A DNA stretch of 32,000 nucleotides, taken from positions 1-32,000 of the forward strand of contig NC_016012.1 in assembly GCF_000283555.1 (NCBI RefSeq), written 5' to 3'. Numbering within the stretch: position 1 is the stretch's first letter; each line of letters opens with the position of its first letter. The notes beneath the pieces were generated by a model. That model worked only from the letters and a program-made list of their open reading frames with translations. It was not told the DNA's origin and searched no databases. Positions 23,478 through 30,805 of the stretch are shown here, in pieces. Source of the DNA: Candidatus Arthromitus sp. SFB-rat-Yit. GTDB lineage: Bacteria > Bacillota > Clostridia > Clostridiales > Clostridiaceae. The translations under genes and the position numbers were made by a program.

Positions 23478-23618
23478 TGATATTTGTAGGAAGATATGTC
23501 TAAAAAGAGGGGTAAAAATAATACAGCTTATACAGTCGAAAATGGCGAGATCGATGATTGTCTTATGTTCACTCTCGACATAGCACTGCGCAATCTTGCT
23601 ATCGTTGACTTTCGTTTT

Positions 23619-24037
23619 TTACGTCAGATAATCTATGGTGTAGGTTTTTTGCAGAGGGTCATCGACTTTGTACTTATCGTTTGGAATTATCTGCTTGATC
23701 GTCGTGGTGTTACACTTTGGCTTGTTTACCGGTGACGCCAATCGGATGATGGACACTGGAATGTCAAGTACATGGTTATTTGCCGATAGAAAACAGAAAA
23801 TATCGTATTATTTTGCCGTTAATGAAATCTCCTGACCATTGCTTATAATTTTTCTGCGGCAAGGTTTATTTCAAGTCCGGGAAATGATATTATCGGCTCA
23901 TCTCGAAGTTCTAACTTTTCCAAATCAGGGTGGCGTGACCAAAAAAGATAAAATATCTTCAAATGCCGAACTGTCACGCTCTGTTAACTTTAATATAATG
24001 ATTCGTCTGATAGTACCACCTCCTTGATGATTACCAT
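23619..24037 (-). pseudogene. Remnant of an OmpR/PhoB-type response regulator (winged-helix part recognisable, receiver mostly deleted)
   Basis: Stitching three minus-strand frames gives MVIIKEVVLSDESL.. / ..IIILKLTERDSS..HPDLEKLELRDEPIISFPGLEINLAAEK / IISNGQEISLTAK[TAA]YDIFCFLSANNHVL...TYTIDYLT[TAA]. The LTxKE(F/Y)..L..L pattern is typical of Trans_reg_C domains. At ~139 codons it is too short for a full regulator. Confidence 0.3.
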
Positions 24038-24085
24038 TTTTAGAATCTAATCCTATGCTTATTCCTCGATATTGATTTGCTGATC

Positions 24086-24984
24086 CTAATAGAGTTTGTT
24101 ACTCATAATTTCAGGACTTTCCCCAATAAAGGCTTTTGCTGCTTCTTCATCGCCCTGAAGCTGCCACATAAACCATGCGGTCAAGCCACCCGCTTATACA
24201 TCATATCACCATGTGTCATGCCAACTCTTCTAGCCATAACTTTGGGTGAAGTAATTTTATTGTACATCTTATTAATTTCAGCTATTGGGATAACAATTTT
24301 GGTTTCAAAATCACCGCTGGTTCCGGCAAGCATTAGAATAGGACAATTTGTCTTCGCGGAATCGTAGGGATAGTCTGTTGTATGTTCAGCGGTTTTTTCG
24401 CTTATAGGAGAAAGCAGCATAGCAGTTTTGAATGACTTTCTTCAAACATAGTAATCGCACGCAGAGTTGCAGCAACGCCCTGAGAAAATCCTGTAATGCA
24501 TATATTCTCTACATCAATTTTGTCGTAGAAAATACTGTCCTTGTTTTCATTTTCTCCGAGAATATAGTTCAGCGTTTTGATTGTCGTTTCGCCCTTGTCT
24601 GTCCCTTTGTCCTGCGTTCCTACAACAATAAATCACCAAGAAGCTAATTGGCTCAAATTCAGGATCATACTTTGTTGCTTTGAATCCTGTACCGTTTATC
24701 ACAAGTATAATCGGATATTAGTTATCGGTTGTTTCAAGCTCACTCGGATAATAAATTGTGTATTTTTTGATTGGATCTTCTGCTTTCACAGTTTCCTTCG
24801 AGGTTTCATATGTACCGTTTTGTAGATACTTTTTTTCTATTTCCTTGCCTGTTTCTATTTTCTCATTATAGCATTTATGTATAATCGGGGCATTATCCGC
24901 CCAAAGATATCAAACTACAATGAGCGCAATCAAAACTAATATAATGATAAAGATCACTTTTAGAATTTTGGGTAATGTTTTTAT
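24086..24984 (-). pseudogene. Decayed membrane-anchored alpha/beta hydrolase (dienelactone-hydrolase/chlorophyllase-like)
   Basis: Minus strand reads (ATA)KTLPKILKVIFIIILVLIALIVV[TGA]YLWADN...ETTDN[TAA]YPIILVINGTGFKATKYDPEFE / QLASW[TGA]FIVVGTQDKG...ICITGFSQGVAATLRAI (GxSxG) / MLLSPIS...CPILMLAGTSGD...GMTHGDMMY / LTAWFMWQLQGDEEAAKAFIGESPEIMSNKLY[TAG]. That is three in-frame stops, at least three frame changes and no ATG. Confidence 0.7.
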
Positions 24985-25006
24985 TGTTTACTTTTTTCTG
25001 AATTTG

Positions 25007-26140
25007 TCAGTATTGTTTATTAACCAAATCAAGACCGTAGTCCACCAGTTTGCCGTTTATTGCGTCGTTAAGCCATCCGGCGATAGACTGTTTTTGTTCC
25101 TCAAACGGCAGCCATACGGCAGGAGTTGCGATAATGGTATGTGCTGTCATATTTCTCGGATCGTCATACCATGCAACGCCATCCCAAATGAACAGGCTTA
25201 CACCGATTTCCTTAAATTGTGGAATGATGTCTTTTAGTATATGCTGATAAATGTCCGCTTCTTTTTCCGATACATCCATTACACCCGTGTCGAGATAATT
25301 CTGCACCTTTGCCAAATCGCCATCTCTAGTGGAGCTATCGAATAGAATATGGATACCATCACCGTATTTTTCATGCAGGGCAGTAAGACAGTCCAGCGTG
25401 AGATTATTGCCTGTCAGCTTATCCGAGATTTCTTTCGGAGTTTTCCAAACATCGGTTGCGACAGTGTGCCAATCGTCATATAGCAAGAGGGATGCATCTA
25501 CTAAAACATTTTTGCTTACCGAATTCGGAAAGTAGTTTGTAAAAATATCGTCAGAAAGAAGCGCCGCTCCAAATCCTCCGGCACTATATCCAGTAACAAC
25601 GACTGTATCGGGATTATCAATACCAGCAAGCTCCGTTATTTTCTTCATTGATTCTGTATAATTTACATAACCGTTGTGGTAAAGAATCTTCTCTTTGCCG
25701 TTTTTATCAGTATAATGAAATTCGCCTGTTCCAGCATGGAAATCCCCCGTTGCATAGGGAAATAGGATAATGCTCCAGTTTTCAAACGGACTGTTCTCCA
25801 CATCAGAAGCAAGACCGCCCATGTTCATTGTGACATTTGCCAGTATATCCGGCCATACCATTTTTGTGTTGTAATTGTCATTTTTAGCTGTTTCCTCGTT
25901 AATGCTGACACCGCCTCCGGCAAAATAGATCATTACTTTATTCTCGCTACCTTTTTTGAAAAGGGCGTGATAGCCGTTTCCTTCGGAATCCTTCATCTCA
26001 TTGGTTTCAACACGATACCATTTTCCCTCGGCAGGGTTTTTCTTCAAATTCGGGTATCGCAGTACGAGGAAATACACGAGCAATACGATGGCAATAAGAA
26101 CCAATAAAATGATTCTAATTATTTTTAATGCTTTTTTCAT
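25007..26140 (-). CDS. Membrane-anchored alpha/beta hydrolase, pectin-acetylesterase-family-like
   Basis: Intact 377-aa ORF. N-terminal TM IIRIILLVLIAIVLLVYFLVL, FAGGG oxyanion-type motif, nucleophile elbow VTGYSAGGFGA. The family assignment is from remembered motif patterns. Confidence 0.7.
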   Translation of the reverse strand: MKKALKIIRIILLVLIAIVLLVYFLVLRYPNLKKNPAEGKWYRVETNEMKDSEGNGYHALFKKGSENKVMIYFAGGGVSINEETAKNDNYNTKMVWPDILANVTMNMGGLASDVENSPFENWSIILFPYATGDFHAGTGEFHYTDKNGKEKILYHNGYVNYTESMKKITELAGIDNPDTVVVTGYSAGGFGAALLSDDIFTNYFPNSVSKNVLVDASLLLYDDWHTVATDVWKTPKEISDKLTGNNLTLDCLTALHEKYGDGIHILFDSSTRDGDLAKVQNYLDTGVMDVSEKEADIYQHILKDIIPQFKEIGVSLFIWDGVAWYDDPRNMTAHTIIATPAVWLPFEEQKQSIAGWLNDAINGKLVDYGLDLVNKQY

Positions 26141-26151
26141 AACTTTTTCTC

Positions 26152-27138
26152 CTATTTTACAGGCATATACTTGTCGAGGTATTCTTCAACTGTCTTCATA
26201 TATTCTTTCATAACGTCATTGTCATTTTGAACACCGTGTCTCGAATGAGTTGCTTCAAAGAGCTTGTAATCAACACCGTTATCTTTAAGTGCTTTCACCA
26301 AATGACGCACGCCTTTCCACGGCTGCACCCTGTCATGCGTACCGTAGAGCAGGAGACTTGGACAGGAATTTTCATTAACAAAACGGAAAGCAGAAATTGA
26401 TTTTATCAGTTCCTGATAAGAACCGTCTTTTATCATGTCGGGAGTGAGTTCCACTCCACCCATGACGCTGAATAAACCCGATGCTGCTCTTCTTGAATCG
26501 TCCATATCCTGATCAAGTCCGTATATTCCCCAATCCTCTGCATAGAAGCTGGATGGACCAACCATTTCAAACATCAGCTTGACGGGAACGGGAGACTGTG
26601 TAGCGTCTCTGTATGCGTAAAGCATAGCAAGACAGCCTCCGGAAGAACCACTGGATATTGTCATTTCCGTAATGTTATAGCCAAGCTTCTTTGCTTCTTC
26701 AATGACAACAGGCATAGCTGCTTTGATTTCACTCGACTGTGTAAGAATGCTTTTATTGTTTTCGTCGGTACGGAGCGTGTAATTTATGCCGCAGGTTACA
26801 TAGTCCTTACTGCACAGCCACGCAAGCATTTCCTTATCATCGGCTTTATCTCCTGTTGTAAATCAGCCTGCGTGAAGATAGACAACCAAGCCGTAGCTTT
26901 CTTTTGTGTTATCCTTTGGAAGATAAAGGTCAAATTTATTTGCTCCACCGTTGCCATAGGAAATATCGGTTTTCAGTATTCCAAGCTCGTCGCTCCATTG
27001 AACGCTGTAATTTTTTGCCCATGACGGTTTAATCGCAACTTTTGATATCATGCCGCCCACAAAAGCCAAAATAAATACCAAAATTCCGATTCCAATTGGC
27101 ACGGCTCTCACCTTCTTTTCTTTCTTTATTTTGTTCAT
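26152..27138 (-). pseudogene. Membrane-anchored esterase/lipase (fold-3 / BD-FAE-like) interrupted by one in-frame TGA
   Basis: ORFs 26863..27138 and 26152..26829 are one frame: ...GLVVYLHAG[TGA 26863-26865]FTTGDKADDKEMLAW... The nucleophile is in TISSGSSGGCLA and the C-terminal His in EATHSRHG. It is 328 codons if the TGA is read as sense. Confidence 0.78.
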
Positions 27139-27269
27139 AAGAAATTACCTCCGAACATCGTTCCGCCGAGTAAAAGGTTCATAACGACTCTGACTGCAAG
27201 TCTGTCGAGAACAAACGCTACAACGGCAATAAATATTAGAATAATCCATTTTTTCTGGGTTAGTTTCAT
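27135..27269 (-). CDS. Small hydrophobic peptide (44 aa), translationally coupled to the esterase
   Basis: MKLTQKKWIILIFIAVVAFVLDRLAVRVVMNLLLGGTMFGGNFL. RBS GAAAGGA 9 nt upstream. Its TGA overlaps the esterase ATG (ATGA at 27135-27138). Below the ORF-track size cutoff. Confidence 0.4.
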   Translation of the reverse strand: MKLTQKKWIILIFIAVVAFVLDRLAVRVVMNLLLGGTMFGGNFL

Positions 27270-27321
27270 TTCTGTAAATTCCTTTCTGCCATTACATATT
27301 GATTTTTTGTTTACAGCGTGC

Positions 27322-27367
27322 TATCATAATGATGATACACTTGTTTTGGTGATGTTATTGTATCATC
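27322..27367. promoter_or_regulatory. Candidate TetR operator: interlocking inverted repeats built on TATCAT/ATGATA
   Basis: TATCAT-aatg-ATGATA (27322-27337), and GATGATACA (27331-27339) paired with TGTATCATC (27359-27367). They lie in the 130-nt divergent region between the small-peptide/hydrolase operon and the TetR gene. Confidence 0.35.
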
Positions 27368-27399
27368 GGATTTTATTAACGTCAATGGGAGGTGATAAA

Positions 27400-27933
27400 A
27401 TGAGACAAACTCCAAAAAATGTATCACCGTTCAGCAATCAAGCGAGAAACGCTTATGTTATAGAGCATATTACGGACTCACTATTGAAGTTATTGCGGGA
27501 CAAGCATATAGGTGATATATCCATTAGCGAACTATGCGACCTTGCCGGTATCGGTAGAGCTTCGTTTTATCGGAATTTTGAAAGCAAAGAGGACATTTTG
27601 CGGGGATATATCAATAAAATATTCAAAGAATGGATGAACGAAGCAGATGGAAAAGAAAACAGACCGTTAAGCGAATTGCTCGGCTTACTGTTTGTACATT
27701 TTGAAAAACATAGAAATTTTTACAGTTTATTAAATGAAAGAAATCTTGTGCACCTTTTGAAAGATGTTATTATCGGATTATGCGGACCGAAACCCGAACA
27801 TTCAAAGGTGGAAGCATACGCAAAGGCATATGTAGCATATACGTTGTACGGATGGATTGAAGTGTGGTTTCAAAGGGGAATGCATGAATCAGCGGAAGAA
27901 ATCATAGAAATGTTTAAGGGTCAGGGATTATAA
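27400..27933 (+). CDS. TetR/AcrR-family transcriptional regulator
   Basis: The ORF track starts at 27307, but RBS GGGAGGTG precedes ATG 27400 (MRQTPKNV...). HTH ISISELCDLAGIGRASFYRNFESKEDIL. 177 aa, intact. Confidence 0.85.
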   Translation: MRQTPKNVSPFSNQARNAYVIEHITDSLLKLLRDKHIGDISISELCDLAGIGRASFYRNFESKEDILRGYINKIFKEWMNEADGKENRPLSELLGLLFVHFEKHRNFYSLLNERNLVHLLKDVIIGLCGPKPEHSKVEAYAKAYVAYTLYGWIEVWFQRGMHESAEEIIEMFKGQGL

Positions 27934-27957
27934 TGTAAATGTACTTTACGAAAACTA

Positions 27958-28233
27958 TTATTGAATACCTTTTGATTTTTCCTCAAGTGTGTTCAGGTCT
28001 TCAAAAGTAGAGGGTTCAAATCTATATGGGGAGGGTTTGCGCACCTTTCCACTTTCCAGGAACTACAGATTTACAAATTTGGTATTTTTTGTATGAAAGC
28101 TGAATAGTAGCTTACCTGTGCCGTGAGGGAATGGTGCAGTTGCTCGGTCTCCATTGAAACGCGGGCAGAGGCAGCGACCTTTTTTTGCTGGTAGTTGCAG
28201 GATTTATGATTCGATTTTCCTTATTTTTCCCAT
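27958..28233 (-). pseudogene. N-terminal stub of a large serine recombinase
   Basis: MGKIRKIES.. then, in another frame, KKVAASARVSMETEQLHHSLTAQVSYYSAFIQKIPNL[TAA]. This matches the RVAAYARVST...Q..YY...I catalytic-Ser region. About 90 codons remain of a protein that is normally 500 aa or more, and it abuts the TetR 3' end. Confidence 0.55.
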
Positions 28234-28423
28234 AAAATCATATCCTTTTCGCTATAATATATCATTCTAAAATAGACACATAGTAAGTCTTACGGGAATA
28301 ATAATGTTGAGAATTTCGTCTCGTATTTTGCCCGCAGTTTTGTATCAATCTACTCAGTTATGGGTTATTTTTCACAGAGGTTTTTCGCTATCGTGATGGC
28401 GATGGGATACTTCTTTTTTTGCT

Positions 28424-28860
28424 TCAAATTAATGTTTGCTCATTGCTATCACCGTCTTTGAACCTATCTGAAATATAGCAGGTATGGCAGTAGTATTTTC
28501 GGTGGATGTTGCCGTATGCTGAGAACAGCTTTTCGTATTCGATGCAGGTGCATGAGTAGATAGCTTTGCGAGTGATTTTTTCCGGGAACGCGTTCCACCA
28601 CTTGTAGCGACACTCATTGGAGTAGAATTTTTTTTCTTTCCTGACGTACACCTGCGTTATTGCTTTCCCATATTCTAGGCAGAATGAGGGGGAGAGGATA
28701 GGAATATCGGTGTGCTTCCCAATGCTGCTCTCGATATGTTGTTCCGTTTGCAGTAAGACTTGACCGTGTTCTTTGACAGGTCGAGTGTCTGTTTGATCTT
28801 GGTATATCTGAAGTTTTGTGAGCGTAAAGCCGTGATTTCGGGTTTTTGCTAAATGTCCAT
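28424..28860 (-). pseudogene. Sigma-70 region-4-like HTH plus zinc-ribbon protein (element-associated), disrupted
   Basis: MDI[TAG 28849-28851]QKPEITALRSQNFRYTKIKQTLDLSKNTVKSYCKRNNIS..., then a frameshift around 28680-28710 (contains a G5/C5 run). It continues FCLEYGKAITQVYVRKEKKFYSNECRYKWWNAF...TCIEYEKLFSAYGNIHRKYYCHTCYISDRF. Several expected CxxC cysteines read Tyr. Confidence 0.6.
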
Positions 28861-28950
28861 AAGAGTAAACTTCACTTCATGTCTTCTGTCAGAGGGAAAA
28901 GGCGGTTTTCATACCCCTTACGTTGAAAAGTGTACGAAACTGCCGAAAGA

Positions 28951-29330
28951 TTAGTCTTTCATATGGAAATCGTAGATATAGCTGTCCGTTCAGAAATTGA
29001 GTCCCGGTGTTCAGTCGGGAACCTATCTATTTGTTCATACAGAATGTTAAGTGATATCTTTGGATCAGCCTCGATTATAAGCTCGTCATGTATGTGCATG
29101 ACGATGGAGCAGCATCGCAGCGTATTTATGTAATTGAAGAGTATGTTCGCGGGAAATAGCCTGGACGATGTTCTCCATGAACTTGGGAGTGTAGGATTCG
29201 ATTATGTGAGCTTGTCGTCCGAAACGATTATGCAGTCGAAAGTGCTGAACGAAATGGGAACATAGATAGTAAAGTTAAACCTTGTTTTAATGAATACCTG
29301 TGCGTCAGAGTAGGTTTGTTGTTCCTGTGT
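28951..29330 (-). pseudogene. C-terminal remnant of a family-A-like (phage/element type) DNA polymerase
   Basis: ...SIVMHIHDELIIEADPKISLNILYEQIDR (HDE motif at 29082-29090), then in a shifted frame TPGLNF[stop]TDSYIYDFHMKD[TAA 28951-28953]. It resembles the VHDE...PW.PGL.L.A.GY...FY.KD termini of such polymerases (from memory). The upstream limit is uncertain. Confidence 0.35.
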
Positions 29331-29381
29331 CATCTGCTCCAGGACGTAATCTTTGTAGGAGTCTGTTAGTTCCTCGCTCTC

Positions 29382-29708
29382 TCATAAAAACGGTAGTTCT
29401 TTAGCAAAGCCCCTTATGAACACCATTTTGTCAAGATCGCTTCTTATTGATTTCGACTTTTTAATGGCAAGCATGGATTCCGTCGCATCAAGGCAAACCA
29501 CTATACGTATGTACGGTGCAAAACTGCGGGAGATGGCACAGGTGCCTGCCACAACTTCCAGCATGGTCATATCTTTGTCAGAGGAATAGTATGAACGATC
29601 ATTTTAAGATAATTCTCATTTTGTAAAGTTGACGACCTTGATATCAAACCCTTCTGCTTGTGTTTCAAATGATTTGTTTATTATCTCAAGATTCTCAGGT
29701 TTCTTCAT
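29382..29708 (-). pseudogene. N-terminal fragment of a class I SAM-dependent methyltransferase (type 11-like)
   Basis: MKKPENLEIINKSFETQAEGFDIKVVNFTK[TGA 29616-29618]ELS[TAA 29604-29606]NDRS...DMTMLEVVAGTCAISRSFAPYIRIVVCLDATESMLAIKK...MVFIRGFAKELPFL[TGA 29382-29384]. Motif I (LEVxxGTC) and the LPF post-II motif are present. The downstream MTase core is not recognisable. The ATG overlaps the ogt stop (ATGA). Confidence 0.55.
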
Positions 29709-30243
29709 AATGCCGTATCTTTCTTCGGAATAAAGAAATTCGTTATATTGACTTTTTCCATTGTAAGGAGTCGCATTTTCTTATCGATTCCTCCAGCGTA
29801 CCCCGTAAGTCTGCCGTTTGTGCTAACCACTCTATGGTAGGGGATAATCAGTAAGATGGAATTGTGACTAACCGCACTACCAACCGCCTGTGCGGACATA
29901 CGGGAGAGTCCTTTTTGTTTCGCTATTTTCTCTGCAATCTCTCCATAGGTGATTGTTTTGCCGAATGGTATTGTCAGAATGATCTCCCATACTGCTTTCC
30001 TAAATTCTGTAGTTTTCATGCGAAGTGGTGGCGTAAAATCAGTAGTATTTCCGGGAAAATAGATATCCAGCCATTTATTTGTTTCCCTAAAAATGGGCAG
30101 GAGTTTTTCATTGTGATCTTTCCTAAGCGTATTGGCAAAATACTTCTGCTCGTCAAACCATAGCCCGATTAGTGCATTGCCGTCGCTTGCAAGTGTAATA
30201 CTGCCAAGCGGCGAATTATGGTGATGTGTATATTCTAGGTCAT
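29705..30243 (-). pseudogene. ogt: Methylated-DNA--protein-cysteine methyltransferase (Ogt/AdaB type) with 5' frameshift and acceptor Cys replaced by Tyr
   Basis: The frame of ORF 29705..30019 extends upstream without stops as ..EYTHHHNSPLGSITLASDGNALIGLWFDEQKYFANTL...DFTPPLRMKTTEFRKAVWEIIL, a full-length Ogt. Both candidate ATGs (30243, 30258) are out of frame. The active site reads IPYHRV (TAC at 29837-29839) instead of PCHRV. Confidence 0.7.
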
Positions 30244-30263
30244 TCCTTCAGTATTCATTGGAA

Positions 30264-30805
30264 TCAGCGTAAGTCTTGGATATGTCTGTATCCGTTTATA
30301 TACGGATAGTAGAGCATACGGTGATCCAATAGCTTTTGAACAGATTTTTTCGTTTTTCTTTTTGGATCATGTGATGCTCCACGACATTGCGTCATATGGG
30401 AATTGCCTACTCGTCTGTATAGACGAGTAGGCAGCAGTTTTCCTTCCTCATTTAGCCGTGAATCGTTTCGTACAAATAAAGTCCTCAAATACGGCAAGTA
30501 GAGGTTTTAAACTGCGGCCAAGTCAAGATACCTTTTCATACCTTACCTTTGTTGGTTTTATCCCAAGCAGCACAATCATTCCGCTCATTATTCGTGTTCT
30601 TCTTTCCATTTTTCAGTCTTGTATCGTTTGTAAGGTCGGTATCCATCACGCAGCGCATCATCCAAATTGTCGTAAAATTATATGTTCTTATGCAGTGGTT
30701 TCGTATGGAAGCTTGGCAGATACACTATCCCTGTGGTACGAAGGTCTACATAGAATAGCCCGTTACAGTATGTATCTCTTTCCTGTATAGCCTTGATTTT
30801 TTCAT
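30264..30805 (-). pseudogene. adaA: AdaA-type regulator (Ada Zn-binding N-domain plus AraC HTH), heavily disrupted
   Basis: ATG 30805-30803 overlaps the alkA stop. An A6 run puts the Ada frame out of register. That frame reads KIKAIQERDTYCNGLFYVDLRTTGIVYLPSFHTKPLHKNI[TAA]FYDNLDDALRDGYRPYKRYKTEKW, followed by 6 more in-frame TAA/TGA, then LDLAAV.NLYLPYLRTLF...SHMTQCRGAS (AraC-like tail). Confidence 0.7.
30404..30433. repeat. Perfect 12-bp inverted repeat (hairpin) inside the adaA remnant
   Basis: TGCCTACTCGTC-tgtata-GACGAGTAGGCA. All 12 pairs were verified by hand. No T-run follows on the minus strand and only a weak TTTTCC follows on the plus strand. Confidence 0.85.

Larger units (their letters stand above)
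27958..29330 (-). mobile_element. Degraded integrative-element remnant (recombinase stub, HTH/Zn-ribbon gene, polymerase C-terminal stub)
   Basis: Three adjacent minus-strand gene fragments of kinds that co-occur at the ends of Firmicutes integrative/phage-like elements. All are disrupted or truncated, and no terminal repeats were identified. Confidence 0.4.

Noticed and set aside
23496-26213. Plus-strand ORFs 23496..23735, 23839..24027, 24077..24367, 24432..24647, 24577..24825, 24920..25237, 25050..25247, 25329..25535 and 26001..26213
   Set aside because: All are antisense to minus-strand sequences with recognisable hydrolase or regulator motifs. Their translations show no motifs and are Cys/Phe/Leu-rich in the manner of antisense frames.
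26863-26865. The TGA in the esterase as selenocysteine, or as Trp (Mycoplasma-type code 4)
   Set aside because: The aligned residue in the HGGGF motif is Gly, not Cys or Trp. I could not identify a convincing SECIS-like hairpin immediately downstream. The AT-rich part of the window clearly uses TGA-free long ORFs with standard termination.
28429-28617. 62-aa ORF in an alternative minus-strand frame
   Set aside because: It overlaps ORF 28424..28651, whose frame carries the recognisable Zn-ribbon/WWN motif. This frame translates as Ser/Thr/Ala-rich low-information sequence.
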